Positions 19,469 to 29,726 of a stretch of 64,000 bases of DNA are shown in pieces. The DNA is from Candidatus Woesearchaeota archaeon. Lineage in GTDB: Archaea; Nanobdellota; Nanobdellia; Woesearchaeales; JABIAG01. Location of the stretch: positions 448,001 through 512,000 of the forward strand of contig JABIAG010000001.1 of the NCBI GenBank assembly GCA_018653365.1, read 5' to 3'. Each line of letters opens with the position of its first letter. Within the stretch, counting starts at the first letter, position 1. Under the pieces are notes generated by a model. The model had not been told where the DNA came from. It searched no databases and saw nothing but the letters and a program-made list of their open reading frames with translations. Position numbers and translations under genes: made by a program.

Positions 19469-20676
19469 TGAACTAATTCCTCAAAATTTGAAATTATGTT
19501 CTTAGTTTTTGTAAAAACAAACTCTCCATCAATCATTCTTTTACTTGGGATGTGTGGACCTGCAAAAATAAGATTTGAAAGGACATTTTTTATGGGATGA
19601 AGGTTTGGTTTGTTAATCTCAAAAAAGTTTAGATCTGCATATTTGCCTTCTTTAATGACTCCATTATTGAATCCTAATGTCTTTGCAGGATTTTTTGTAA
19701 TCATATTAAAAAGAGCTTTAGGACTTATGTTTGCAGAACGATTTAAAAGAAATGTAAATTTGCATGCTTCAAGAAGAGATGCAGAATCATTTGTAGCTAA
19801 TCCGTCAGTTCCAATACATATGTTAATTCCTTTTTTTTGCATTGTACTTATGTCTGGAAGGCCTGTGTTTAAACAGGCATTAGAGGTTGGACAAAGGGTT
19901 ACATTTGCTTTCTTATTAGCTATAGTTGTCAAATCTTTTAAAGAACAATGATTTAAATGTACCAGGTTTGTTTGTGCCCTGATTAATCCATATTTGTCAA
20001 GAAGTTCAATTTCTGTTAAATGCGTTTTGTTTATTGTTCTTTGCATTTGTTTCTTTGTTTCACCAACATGGATTGTTAACATTATCTTCTTGTTTTTTGT
20101 TAATATCTTTGATACTTGTTTTAATCTTTCTTCGTCTATTTTATCTAGTGAATGAATCCATAGGCCCACTTTTACTTTCTGTGTTTTGTTCTTTGTGAGA
20201 ACTTCTTCGTTTTGTAAGGTTTCTTCAAATAGATCATTTTTGTAATATTTAATTAGTTTTTTAGATTTCATTAAAGGATAACTTAGTAATCCGCGAAGGG
20301 GGGTTTTTTTCATTGCTTTCCATCCTCGTGCGCAACTAATGGTTGAAGTTCCAGTCTCAATTGATTCTGCTATTGATAATTGTGAAATGGTTGTATGTAC
20401 TTTTTCTTCGGATGAAGCAACGCTCTCAGTGTAGGAAAGGTATGCCTTTAACGAATCTCGGGGAGCAAACCCTCGATATATAGTTTCACCAAGATGAAAG
20501 TGAGCATTTACAAAACTCGGTGAGATTAAATACTTTTCTCCGTTTATTACTTGATCTGTTTTAGTTTGAGAAAGTTTACCTAACTTTTTTATTTTTCCTT
20601 TTTCAATTCGAATATCTGAGTTTACTAATTGGTTATTCTCATCTATATATGTCGCATTTTTTATTAGGTATGTCAT
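19465..20676 (-). CDS. amidohydrolase-family deaminase (MTA/SAH/5'-deoxyadenosine deaminase-like)
   Basis: NAHFHL, IHVGET, VHLNH, CPTSN, GTDG metal-ligand motifs. Confidence 0.85.
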   Translation of the reverse strand: MTYLIKNATYIDENNQLVNSDIRIEKGKIKKLGKLSQTKTDQVINGEKYLISPSFVNAHFHLGETIYRGFAPRDSLKAYLSYTESVASSEEKVHTTISQLSIAESIETGTSTISCARGWKAMKKTPLRGLLSYPLMKSKKLIKYYKNDLFEETLQNEEVLTKNKTQKVKVGLWIHSLDKIDEERLKQVSKILTKNKKIMLTIHVGETKKQMQRTINKTHLTEIELLDKYGLIRAQTNLVHLNHCSLKDLTTIANKKANVTLCPTSNACLNTGLPDISTMQKKGINICIGTDGLATNDSASLLEACKFTFLLNRSANISPKALFNMITKNPAKTLGFNNGVIKEGKYADLNFFEINKPNLHPIKNVLSNLIFAGPHIPSKRMIDGEFVFTKTKNIISNFEELVQ

Positions 20677-21740
20677 TTTGCTTTAATTATTAGGGTGCAT
20701 AAATAATCTTCATGAACTAATTTCTTTTTTGGTATTTTTTTTATGTTTATATCTGCTAAGGGATTCTTTTTTATTTTTGCAAGTTTGTAACAAAGTGAAT
20801 CTGGAGCATCAAAAGTTTTACTTTTGAAATAAGCTCGACTGGCACATCCACCTTTACAAATCGTATAATGTTCACAGTCAGTGCAAAAATCAAGTTTTCT
20901 ATTATTGAATTCAATAAAACTTTTCGTGTTGGCAAGGTCTTTTTCGTGTCCTGCAATAATTGGATCTTGGATTGTATTCTTTGTTAGATAAACACAGGGG
21001 ACTATAGTTTTTTTTGGAGTTATTCTAAAGGATCTCTTTCCGCACGGACAACCATCTGCTTTAATATTTAAAAGAGCAGCTAAATAAGGATCTGGAACTG
21101 CGATTAAATTACTTCGTTCTAATAAATATCTAAATGCTTGGTGTGCTTTTTTTGGTGTTAAACTAAGTGATTTGTTAGTTGCACCTCTTCCTGTTGGTCT
21201 AAACAGGTTAATTCTTAAGTTACAATTATATTTTTTAGATAATGTAAGAAAGCCATCTAATATGCGTTTAGTGGTGTTTTTAGATGTGAAACATATAACT
21301 ATGCTAAATGGAATTTTGTATTGTTTTAATAAGTCCAAAGCATCAATTGCGTCATCCCAAGCGGTGTTACTTCCTCTAAACCAATTATGCTTTTTTTTGT
21401 TTGGAAAGTCGAGCGAAACATCAACATCATTCATATATTTTTTAACTAAGCTTATTGTTTCTTTATTAACACTCCATCCATTTGTAGTAATCCCTTGTTT
21501 TATGCCTTTAAGATGCGCATATTTGACAATCTCCCAAAAGTCTTTCTTTAATCCACATTCGCCTGTACCATAATTTAACGAACGAACATTTAATTCAGAT
21601 AACCAATTAATAACCTTCTTAGCTTCAGAAGTGTTAATTTCATCAATGCTCTTTTTAGCGGAAGAGTTATAACAATGTAAACAGCTTAAATTACAAGCAT
21701 TGGTTAATCCCCATCCCACGCTCCAATTGGTTTTTTTCAT
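20673..21740 (-). CDS. radical SAM / SPASM domain protein
   Basis: CNLSCLHC; SPASM GCPCG...VPC...CTDC.....CKGGC...LC. Confidence 0.9.
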   Translation of the reverse strand: MKKTNWSVGWGLTNACNLSCLHCYNSSAKKSIDEINTSEAKKVINWLSELNVRSLNYGTGECGLKKDFWEIVKYAHLKGIKQGITTNGWSVNKETISLVKKYMNDVDVSLDFPNKKKHNWFRGSNTAWDDAIDALDLLKQYKIPFSIVICFTSKNTTKRILDGFLTLSKKYNCNLRINLFRPTGRGATNKSLSLTPKKAHQAFRYLLERSNLIAVPDPYLAALLNIKADGCPCGKRSFRITPKKTIVPCVYLTKNTIQDPIIAGHEKDLANTKSFIEFNNRKLDFCTDCEHYTICKGGCASRAYFKSKTFDAPDSLCYKLAKIKKNPLADINIKKIPKKKLVHEDYLCTLIIKAK

Positions 21741-21779
21741 AGGTTAGAATTCTTTGATAAAATATATAAATGTTGTTGT

Positions 21780-21932
21780 TCACTTTAATTTAGGCATGAT
21801 GAAGTGAGCATATACTGCTGCTATAACAATAACTAACCAGAATAATAGTGTGTTGATCTTCTGAAAAGCAAATAATGCAATATTAGCTATAACAATAACA
21901 ATCACCATAATAGAAATAACTTTCTTTATCAT
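21780..21932 (-). CDS. 50-aa two-TM small membrane protein
   Basis: Not in ORF track. MIKKVISIMVIVIVIANIALFAFQKINTLLFWLVIVIAAVYAHFIMPKLK*; directly downstream of pyrG. Confidence 0.6.
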   Translation of the reverse strand: MIKKVISIMVIVIVIANIALFAFQKINTLLFWLVIVIAAVYAHFIMPKLK

Positions 21933-21956
21933 AATCAGGGAGTATTTTGTTACTAT

Positions 21957-23660
21957 TTAATTCTTTTCATTACACGCCCTAATAAAACCTAAAAATAGTG
22001 GTGCGGGATCACTTAATCTTGATTTGAATTCGGGATGTGCTTGAGTAGCCATGAAAAACTTATGATCTGGAAGTTCAATAAACTCCATTAGTTTTGTACC
22101 ATCCTCTCTGATGTGATGTCCTGAAAAACAAATACCCTTTTGTACTAAATTAGGAATGAATTTCGGGTTAACCTCATAACGATGACGGTGACGTTCTAAA
22201 ATTACGTTCTCACTTTCTAACTTACCTAATCTAAATTCCTCTTTTAATTCTAATACTTGTTGTTTGTCCGTTTCTAATCTTCCAGTTTCTTTGTAAAGCT
22301 GAAATGTTTTTGAAGAGGGGTTTAAAATAGCAGCATACGCTCCCAATCTCATTGTGCCCCCTTTTTCAGTTACCTCTTTTTGAGAATCAAGAATATCAAT
22401 AATTGGATAGGGAGTTTTATTGTTGACCTCCATAGTATTAGCAAATTGTAAACCGCAAACATTTCGGGCATATTCAATTAAGGCTAATTGCATACCATAA
22501 CATAATCCAAGAAAGGGAATGTTGTTTTCTCTAGCAACCTGGATAGCTCTGATCTTACCCTCAACACCGCTACTACCAAATCCGCCAGGAATAAGAATTC
22601 CATCATATTCTTTTAAATCATTTTCATCAAATGTTTTAGCATCAACCCATTCAATGTCAACACCAACATTCAAGTGCGCACCCGCATGTTGTAGTGCTTG
22701 GCTAATTGAATAATACGAGTCTTTTAGTGTGAACTTACCTACATTTAGATATTTGCCCACCATAGCAATTTTAACCTGATCTTTTGGATTGGTTATCTTA
22801 TTTACTAAATCTCTCCACTCACTCCAATCTGGTTTAGTTTTAGGCATTAAATGAAGCTTTTCTAAAACTTTCAAATCAAGATTTTCCTCATCCAAATTTA
22901 ACGGAATAACATATAGTGTATTGGCGGTTCCCTTACCAATCACATCAGGCATGGAAATAACATCTTCGGGATTAAGATTGCTGTAATCACTAATCTTCTT
23001 TTTTCTTATTGCATCAAGAGTTGTCTGTCCACGACAAAAAACAAGATCTGGCCGGATTCCTGCCTCTCTTAACATTCGAATTGCTAATTGTGTGGGTTTT
23101 GTTTTCATCTCTTCAATGTGAGAAGGGACTGGAAGATAACTAACTAAAACATAAATAATATTTTCTTTACCAATATCCTTTTCTAAGCTACTCATGGCAT
23201 TTAGAAATGGAATGTTTTCATAATCTCCAACTGTGCCCCCAATTTCAATCATAGCAATATCAAAATCTTTAGAAGCAACTTTGACCCTTCTTTTTATTTC
23301 ATCAGGAACATGAGGAATAGCTTGAACTGTCTCACCTAAAAAATCTCCCTTTCTTTCTTTATCAATTAAAGTTTTATAAATTTGTCCAGAAGTAATATTA
23401 TTTTCTTTAGGAATGCCTATGCCCAGAAAACGTTCATAATTACCTAGATCCTGATCAATTTCTCCACCATTATCAGTAACCCAAACCTCTCCGTGTTCAG
23501 TAGGCCGCATAGTGCCTGCATCACAATTCAAATAAGGATCTATCTTAAGGGCAGTAACAGAAAAACCATGCTTTTGAAGCATTTTACCCATAGAAGCAGT
23601 AGCAACACCTTTACCAACCCCGCTAATCACTCCCCCAACAACTACAATATATTTTGTCAT
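21957..23660 (-). CDS. pyrG: CTP synthase
   Basis: GGVISGVGKG, KIDPYLN, KTKPTQ, GLCYGMQ, RHRHRYEVN, QAHPEF. Confidence 0.97.
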   Translation of the reverse strand: MTKYIVVVGGVISGVGKGVATASMGKMLQKHGFSVTALKIDPYLNCDAGTMRPTEHGEVWVTDNGGEIDQDLGNYERFLGIGIPKENNITSGQIYKTLIDKERKGDFLGETVQAIPHVPDEIKRRVKVASKDFDIAMIEIGGTVGDYENIPFLNAMSSLEKDIGKENIIYVLVSYLPVPSHIEEMKTKPTQLAIRMLREAGIRPDLVFCRGQTTLDAIRKKKISDYSNLNPEDVISMPDVIGKGTANTLYVIPLNLDEENLDLKVLEKLHLMPKTKPDWSEWRDLVNKITNPKDQVKIAMVGKYLNVGKFTLKDSYYSISQALQHAGAHLNVGVDIEWVDAKTFDENDLKEYDGILIPGGFGSSGVEGKIRAIQVARENNIPFLGLCYGMQLALIEYARNVCGLQFANTMEVNNKTPYPIIDILDSQKEVTEKGGTMRLGAYAAILNPSSKTFQLYKETGRLETDKQQVLELKEEFRLGKLESENVILERHRHRYEVNPKFIPNLVQKGICFSGHHIREDGTKLMEFIELPDHKFFMATQAHPEFKSRLSDPAPLFLGFIRACNEKN

Positions 23661-23761
23661 GTTCACCCCTATTTCTTACTTTCTTAGAATCTTTAAAATG
23701 TTTATGAAACTAAAACACTCACTTTAGCAAACTTTTTAAACCCAACAAAAGTCCGTAGTTT

Positions 23762-24811
23762 ATGAAAGAAATAATTTGTTCTGCACCTGGAAGAATGGCA
23801 TTAGTTGGAAACCCATTTGATATTTATGGGGGTATGACTATTTCTATGACCCTAAAAGATTTACGAAGCATAGTGCATGTTAAAAAAGCAGAAGAACAAA
23901 TAATTCATTCAGATATTTTCAGACCTGGAAATCAAAGAACTTCACAACGAAGACAATTAGAACTAGCAACAATAGAAACATTAGACTTGCAACATCACAA
24001 ATTCGAATATTATGACGGTTCCAATATGCCTTATGAATCCGCACTGGCACGTTCAACCGCAGTAGTTGTAGCAATGATAAGAGCATTCAGCAAGCTATTT
24101 GGAAGAGGAGTAGTAGATAATTATGAGTTAGCAGAACAAGCATGGGCAACAGAACGAAAATTAGGGGTTTGTGGCGGACAAGAAAGATATGCAATTGCTT
24201 TTGATTATGAAGAACTATCCCAAGAAGAATCAATTCATTTATTGGCAGATATAAAAGCAGGAAAGAAAAAGTTAAGCACACGACCCGGAAAATTATTCTT
24301 TATGGACTTTAAAGGAAGAGAAGATCATTATTTTAACGGACATAATTATGCTAAGATTGAAGAACTGCCTTTGCCTGAAGTAAACTTTGCAATAGCATTC
24401 CAACCTGAGGGTGCAAGATTAAACTCGTTTAGTGTTCACCAAAAACTAAGAGAAAAATATGTTAGTGGGGGAAAAGAGTTAATTGATGGACTAAGAGACC
24501 GATCAAATACAATAGTAAAAAAAGCATATGAAAATTTTGTTAATGGATTTGATGTTAATATTCTTGGGGAGTGTATGAAAGACTCATTAAAGATAAGAAT
24601 GGCAATGCAAGACTTATTGTTGGCAGATGAATTAAAAGGACAACCTCTCTGTGAAGAAACACTTAAAATGATTGCAGTGGCAGAAGAGTTAAACTTAATA
24701 GGTTATAATCAACCAGGATCAAAATCACTTTGTTTTATTTATGCCAAGGAAGAAGATATAAAAGCATTTGTTGATAAGGGATATCAGGTTATTAAAGTAT
24801 GCAATTCTTAA
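23762..24811 (+). CDS. divergent GHMP kinase-family protein (glucuronokinase-like N-terminus)
   Basis: SAPGRMALVGNPFD.YGG motif 1; motif 2 degenerate (PYESALARSTA); ERKLG..CGGQE. Confidence 0.65.
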   Translation: MKEIICSAPGRMALVGNPFDIYGGMTISMTLKDLRSIVHVKKAEEQIIHSDIFRPGNQRTSQRRQLELATIETLDLQHHKFEYYDGSNMPYESALARSTAVVVAMIRAFSKLFGRGVVDNYELAEQAWATERKLGVCGGQERYAIAFDYEELSQEESIHLLADIKAGKKKLSTRPGKLFFMDFKGREDHYFNGHNYAKIEELPLPEVNFAIAFQPEGARLNSFSVHQKLREKYVSGGKELIDGLRDRSNTIVKKAYENFVNGFDVNILGECMKDSLKIRMAMQDLLLADELKGQPLCEETLKMIAVAEELNLIGYNQPGSKSLCFIYAKEEDIKAFVDKGYQVIKVCNS

Positions 24812-24834
24812 GTAATTATTCAGGAAAAACTAAG

Positions 24835-24848
24835 GAAAAGTTTTTAAA
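24835..24848 (+). promoter_or_regulatory. BRE-TATA promoter of tRNA-Val
   Basis: GAAAAGTTTTTAAA ending 24 nt before tRNA G1. Confidence 0.7.
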
Positions 24849-24871
24849 GGTTAAAATTTAGGAATATTTAC

Positions 24872-24955
24872 GGGCTTATGGTCTAGCGGTATGACGTCGC
24901 CTCGACAATGCATTCGAAGTGGCGGAAGTCCCCGGTTCAAATCCGGGTAGGCCCA
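24872..24955 (+). tRNA. tRNA-Val(GAC) with 12-nt canonical intron (24908-24919)
   Basis: GGGCTTA/TAGGCCC-A acceptor; TCGCC-TC-GAC-A|ATGCATTCGAAG|T-GGCGG; TCGA/TCGA central splice helix; GTTCAAAT T-loop. Confidence 0.92.
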
Positions 24956-25013
24956 TGAAATGCTCAAGAACAAAAGTTTTTGACGCCCATAAACGGGAGA
25001 GTGAGGTGAATAT

Positions 25014-26102
25014 TTGAAAAGCAATAATCAGAAACATAGACTGATTTTTTTCTATGCAACGTTTTTCGTATTAATACTGCTCTCAATTTATTTTCTTCTA
25101 CCATTCTTCAAATCAGTGCTAATAGCAATGATTCTAGCATTTATATTTCGTCCAGCATACAAGTGGTTAAGTAAAAAAACCAAAAAAGAGAGACTGTCTG
25201 CAGTGTTGATAACAATATTGGTGTTGTTGATAATCCTTGTACCCTTCGGATTTGTTATAAATGAAGTAATAAAAGAATCAACAGTAACTTTTGTATCACT
25301 AAAACAAAAACTTGCTGCCCCTCAAACATGTAGTGAACAAGATAGTAGAGTTTGTACCCTTTGGAATTCGGCAAGAGGATTACTGGCTGAACCAAGAATA
25401 AAATTTTATATAACTGATTCCTTAGAAAAAGGAACATCATTCATAACAGAAAAATTATCTGCATTTGTAGTCTCAATACCTCAATTAATCTTGGGTATAT
25501 TTATTACAATAATCTCCTTCTTTTATTTTTTGAAAGATGGTGATAAATTCTTAAAAAAAGTAAATGCAATACTGCCCTTGAAAAAAGCTAATCGAAACTT
25601 ATTGTATGACAAGTTTGTTAACATAAGTAAAGCAATAGTATTTGGATATTTTATAACTGCGTTAATTCAGGGAGCAACAGCACTAGTTGGATTTTATATT
25701 GTAAACATATTCTTTTCAGCAACAGGAATTCCAACAATTGGTACACCTTTACTCTGGGCAGCAGTTCTAGCACTATTCTCAATGATACCTGTATTAGGTT
25801 CAGCCTTTGTATGGGTGCCGTTATCTGCAGCAATACTTATTGAGGGTTACTTTCAAAATAATTCAAAAATAGTATGGGGGGGAATATTCTTATTTTTCTA
25901 TGGTTTGATACTAATATCTCAAATAGATAATGTAATTCGACCAATAATCTCTGGAAGAAGAGCACACATACACCCTTTAGTAATCTTCTTAGGTATATTT
26001 GGAGGACTAGTAACCTTTGGAGTAATTGGAATCGTAATCGGACCAATTTTGCTAGCATTATTACTTATTTACATAAAGTTATACGAGGAAGGAAATTTAT
26101 GA
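25014..26102 (+). CDS. AI-2E family transporter
   Basis: FYFLKDG, IPVLGS..VWVP, IDN.IRP, GG...FG..G..IGP; GAGGTG RBS before TTG. Confidence 0.9.
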   Translation: MKSNNQKHRLIFFYATFFVLILLSIYFLLPFFKSVLIAMILAFIFRPAYKWLSKKTKKERLSAVLITILVLLIILVPFGFVINEVIKESTVTFVSLKQKLAAPQTCSEQDSRVCTLWNSARGLLAEPRIKFYITDSLEKGTSFITEKLSAFVVSIPQLILGIFITIISFFYFLKDGDKFLKKVNAILPLKKANRNLLYDKFVNISKAIVFGYFITALIQGATALVGFYIVNIFFSATGIPTIGTPLLWAAVLALFSMIPVLGSAFVWVPLSAAILIEGYFQNNSKIVWGGIFLFFYGLILISQIDNVIRPIISGRRAHIHPLVIFLGIFGGLVTFGVIGIVIGPILLALLLIYIKLYEEGNL

Positions 26103-27592
26103 ATTTTAAAGTAAAAGACCTTGATATTGCATCTGGCGGAATCATGGTTGTGGTTGTAAACCAAGAAGACGCAATAAATTTAGACTTACACCATGGAGAT
26201 AGGGTTGGAATAATCTATGGTAAAAAGCACGCACATGTAATAATAGATATTGCAGAAAGCAAAAAAACAATACCTCTGGGAGAAATCGGATTATTTGAAG
26301 AAGTTTTAGATCATTTAGGAGTTAAGAAAGGAAAGAAAGTTAAACTTGTATTAGAAGAAAAACCAATTTCAGTACACTATATTAAAGAAAAATTAAAAGG
26401 AAAAAAATTAGAAGCATATAAAATTCACGAAATTGTCAAAGATATAGTTGCAGGGAGACTATCTAACATTGAACTAACCTATTTTGTAGCTGGAAGTTTT
26501 GCTCGTAAATTAAGTTCTAAAGAAACAGTAGCATTAACTAAAGCAATGATAGATACTGGAGAAACATTAAAAGTTAGAAGTAAAATTATTGTAGATAAAC
26601 ATTGTACTGGCGGAGTTGCAGGAAATAGAACAACAATGATTGTTGTCCCAATAATTGCTGCTGCGGGTCTGAAAATGCCAAAGACTAGTTCTAGAGCAAT
26701 AACCTCTCCTGCAGGAACTGCAGATACCATGGAAGTGTTAACCCCTGTTAACACCTCTAAAGAAAGAATGGAAAAAATTGTAAGTAATATAAATGGATGT
26801 ATAATGTGGGGAGGAGCAATGAATTTAGCCCCTGCAGATGATAAAATTATCAAAGTTGAACGTCCATTACGAATAGACGCAGAAGGACAAATGCTTGCTT
26901 CTATATTAGCAAAGAAAGGAAGTGTGGGAGCAACACATGTATTGATAGACATTCCAATTGGAAAAGAAACTAAAATTCATAATCTACGTAAAGCGAAACA
27001 TCTGGGGAAAAGGTTTGTTGACATTGGGAAAAAGTTGGGAATGAAAGTTAACTATATGACCAGCAATGGAAACGAACCAATTGGAAATGGAATCGGGCCT
27101 GCTCTAGAAGCAAAAGATGTTCTAAAAGTATTACAACGATCTGATTCAAGACCATTCGATTTGGAAAGGAAGTCTGTAATGATGGCGGGTCGCATTTTAG
27201 AAATGGCTGGAAAATGTAACAAAGGAAAAGGAATAGAATTAGCACAATCAATCCTAGATTCTGGAAAAGCAGGACAAAAAATGAAAGAAATTATCAAAGC
27301 ACAAGGCGGCAAAATTGTGAAATCTTCAGATATTAGAGTTGGTCGGGAAACTTATGATTTAGTTGCTGACAAATCTGGAAAGATAAAAGATATTGAAAAT
27401 CACATAATTTCAAATGTAGCACGATTTGCTGGAGCTCCAGCAGACAAAGGGGCAGGGTTATACTTACACGTACATGAAGGCGATAAAGTTAAGAAAGGAG
27501 ATAAAATATTAACAATACATGCAGATAGCAAAGAGAAGTTGAAGTTTGCAAAAAAAGTATTATTTTCAAATAAAGGAGTACTGATTAAATAA
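26099..27592 (+). CDS. AMP phosphorylase (archaeal thymidine phosphorylase family)
   Basis: N-terminal extra domain, DKHCTGGVAGNRTT, KTSSRAITSPAGTAD, GIGPALEA. Confidence 0.93.
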   Translation: MNFKVKDLDIASGGIMVVVVNQEDAINLDLHHGDRVGIIYGKKHAHVIIDIAESKKTIPLGEIGLFEEVLDHLGVKKGKKVKLVLEEKPISVHYIKEKLKGKKLEAYKIHEIVKDIVAGRLSNIELTYFVAGSFARKLSSKETVALTKAMIDTGETLKVRSKIIVDKHCTGGVAGNRTTMIVVPIIAAAGLKMPKTSSRAITSPAGTADTMEVLTPVNTSKERMEKIVSNINGCIMWGGAMNLAPADDKIIKVERPLRIDAEGQMLASILAKKGSVGATHVLIDIPIGKETKIHNLRKAKHLGKRFVDIGKKLGMKVNYMTSNGNEPIGNGIGPALEAKDVLKVLQRSDSRPFDLERKSVMMAGRILEMAGKCNKGKGIELAQSILDSGKAGQKMKEIIKAQGGKIVKSSDIRVGRETYDLVADKSGKIKDIENHIISNVARFAGAPADKGAGLYLHVHEGDKVKKGDKILTIHADSKEKLKFAKKVLFSNKGVLIK

Positions 27593-27631
27593 GAATAATA
27601 TTTAAATAGGAAGGGTTCTAGATTGTTGTTA

Positions 27632-29725
27632 ATGAAACATGCTAAACTTTTTGTTCTGGTTCTCACAATTTCTTTAGGAATTGTGCTTAACTCTCTTTTT
27701 GTTGTTTCGTTTGTTTGTAATGGAGATGTTGAATGTTCTTATGGTGACGCATCAACCTGTTTTAGGGAAGATGGAAGTTGCAATGCATGGAGTGTATGTT
27801 TGTGCGGAATGGATGCTACTCATGCTCCAACTACAACCTGGCAGGTATGGCCCAATGCAAACATGGATTGTGATAAAGATGGGGCTTGGATAGGTAGTGA
27901 TTGTGGTGCTCCAGGACCAGATTGTGACGATGCTAATAGCGCAATAACAGGTCCGGGAGTGGATGATGATGGAAATAGTGCAACCAATTCTTGTGATGAT
28001 GATGGAGATGGATATTATGATGAAACAATCGGAGGGACAGATTGTGATGATAACGATGCTCAAAAAAATCCTTCTATGACTTGGTATTTTGATGGCGATG
28101 GTGACGGTTATTGGGGGAATAAAAACCCTTGCGAACCGGGATCGGGCTCTGGTTGGAGTTTAGCAACATTATCCGTTAGAGATCAAGATTGTGATGATAG
28201 TGATGTGACTGAACATCCAGGGGTGTTGTGGGTTCAAGATGAAGATGACGACGGCCATATAGTTGACACAAACCTTTGCGAAAGAGGTACTGGATCTGGA
28301 TGGAGAGTTAGCGCAGCTAGTGATGAAATGAATGATTGTATAGATACCAATCCTGCATATCATAAATTTGAATACTGGGGATTGAATGCTGATGGTGATG
28401 ATTATTATGGAACTTGTGTTTTAAGTTGTGGACATCCAACCTTAGCTTATGAAAAAATATCTCACGCACAATATTCAGGTATAGAATGCGATGATTGTGA
28501 TGATGGAGATAGTACCGAGTATCCTGGTGTTAACTGGGTTCAAGATCAAGATAATGATGGCTGGGTGATTGGAGTCAATAGGTGTGAACGAGGGGCAGGA
28601 CCTGGATGGCGAGTACACCAATCTGGAGACCAGGGAATAGATTGTGAGGATAGTAATGCAGCAATATATCCAGGAATTGTTAATCCTTTAGATGAGTGCG
28701 AAATTTGTGATGCTAGTGGAGGATTTGTATTTCATAATGGCAACAATCAAGGTAAAGATGGAGATTGTTATTATTGTGATTCTGTAACAAGTTCAAAAGT
28801 CGTATTAAGTGGGGCAGGATCACCTTATGAAAGCGGTGACGGAGATTGCCTAGTTTGTGATGGAGGAGATGTTCCTACCGCAGATCCTGCAGGGATTGGA
28901 GATTCAGCAGCAATAGACTGTAAAAAGTGTGCAGCAGATGGATCATTAACTGCGAATGATGATACTGAAGACCCTGGGATATGTAAAGAATGTTCTGGGG
29001 GCGTAATAGTTCCAGAGAATTCTGAAAACCCTATGGGTGATGGTGATTGTAAAAAATGTGATGGGGGAAATTTAGGAAATGATGATGGTGATACTGGAGT
29101 TACAATCCCTTGCAAAAAATGTTTGGGAGGGGGATTAATTCCCAAAAGTGATGGTGAAATTTGTGGAACAGATAAGGCGTGTTGTTCAGGAACTTGTTAT
29201 GATGAGGATACTGCTTTATGTTGTTCTGGAAGTGTAAAACAAAAGTCTGGTGATAGTAGTTGTGGAGCATGTGATAATAATTGTCTAATGAATCAAGGGA
29301 TTGAATGTAACAAACACTATCCTACAAACTGTAAAGTATCTAGTGGTTTATTTGCCTCATCTTATGCATGTAGAGAATGTACAGGAGGAGCATTAGCAAC
29401 TGTAGAATGTGGTCAAGATCACAACTGTGTATTTGGCCAGTGTGTAGATTCAATTCCTAGTACTATTTGGGCCTGTTTAACAAGTGGACCATATTATGTT
29501 GGTTTGTCATCACCAGTACTAGACCCTAGCGTTTTAAGTGATGTTTGTAAAGGACAGATTCCTGCTTATAATCCAACCTGTGAAGAGTGGGTTGTTTCTG
29601 CTGCAAACCTTATTGTCCCTGTTTTACCAAGTTTAACTTATAAAGTGGCCTGTGAAATTAAAGACCTCAAATGTGGAACACCTTTGCCTTCAGAATGTAC
29701 TACTACTTGTATGGTGACACCTTAA
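27632..29725 (+). CDS. secreted Cys/Asp/Gly-rich repeat protein (DCDD...WxxDxDxDG repeats, CxxCxGG repeats)
   Basis: Signal peptide; about 4 repeats of roughly 50 aa followed by about 7 CxxC-D/S-GG units. Confidence 0.8.
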   Translation: MKHAKLFVLVLTISLGIVLNSLFVVSFVCNGDVECSYGDASTCFREDGSCNAWSVCLCGMDATHAPTTTWQVWPNANMDCDKDGAWIGSDCGAPGPDCDDANSAITGPGVDDDGNSATNSCDDDGDGYYDETIGGTDCDDNDAQKNPSMTWYFDGDGDGYWGNKNPCEPGSGSGWSLATLSVRDQDCDDSDVTEHPGVLWVQDEDDDGHIVDTNLCERGTGSGWRVSAASDEMNDCIDTNPAYHKFEYWGLNADGDDYYGTCVLSCGHPTLAYEKISHAQYSGIECDDCDDGDSTEYPGVNWVQDQDNDGWVIGVNRCERGAGPGWRVHQSGDQGIDCEDSNAAIYPGIVNPLDECEICDASGGFVFHNGNNQGKDGDCYYCDSVTSSKVVLSGAGSPYESGDGDCLVCDGGDVPTADPAGIGDSAAIDCKKCAADGSLTANDDTEDPGICKECSGGVIVPENSENPMGDGDCKKCDGGNLGNDDGDTGVTIPCKKCLGGGLIPKSDGEICGTDKACCSGTCYDEDTALCCSGSVKQKSGDSSCGACDNNCLMNQGIECNKHYPTNCKVSSGLFASSYACRECTGGALATVECGQDHNCVFGQCVDSIPSTIWACLTSGPYYVGLSSPVLDPSVLSDVCKGQIPAYNPTCEEWVVSAANLIVPVLPSLTYKVACEIKDLKCGTPLPSECTTTCMVTP

Positions 29726-29726
29726 A

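Noticed and set aside
21780-21932. 50-aa ORF as RiPP precursor for the SPASM enzyme
   Set aside because: It is a hydrophobic two-TM peptide, a separate TATA-like box lies between it and the rSAM gene, and no RRE/PqqD is present.
26099-27592. AMP phosphorylase as a novel pathway
   Set aside because: It is a known component of the archaeal AMP/RuBisCO salvage route, common in DPANN; partner genes are simply not in this window.
28040-29150. Repeats as a possible CRISPR array or DGR template/variable pair
   Set aside because: They are diverged in-frame protein repeats with no constant repeat-spacer period and no adenine-specific mismatches, and no reverse transcriptase or cas genes are present.
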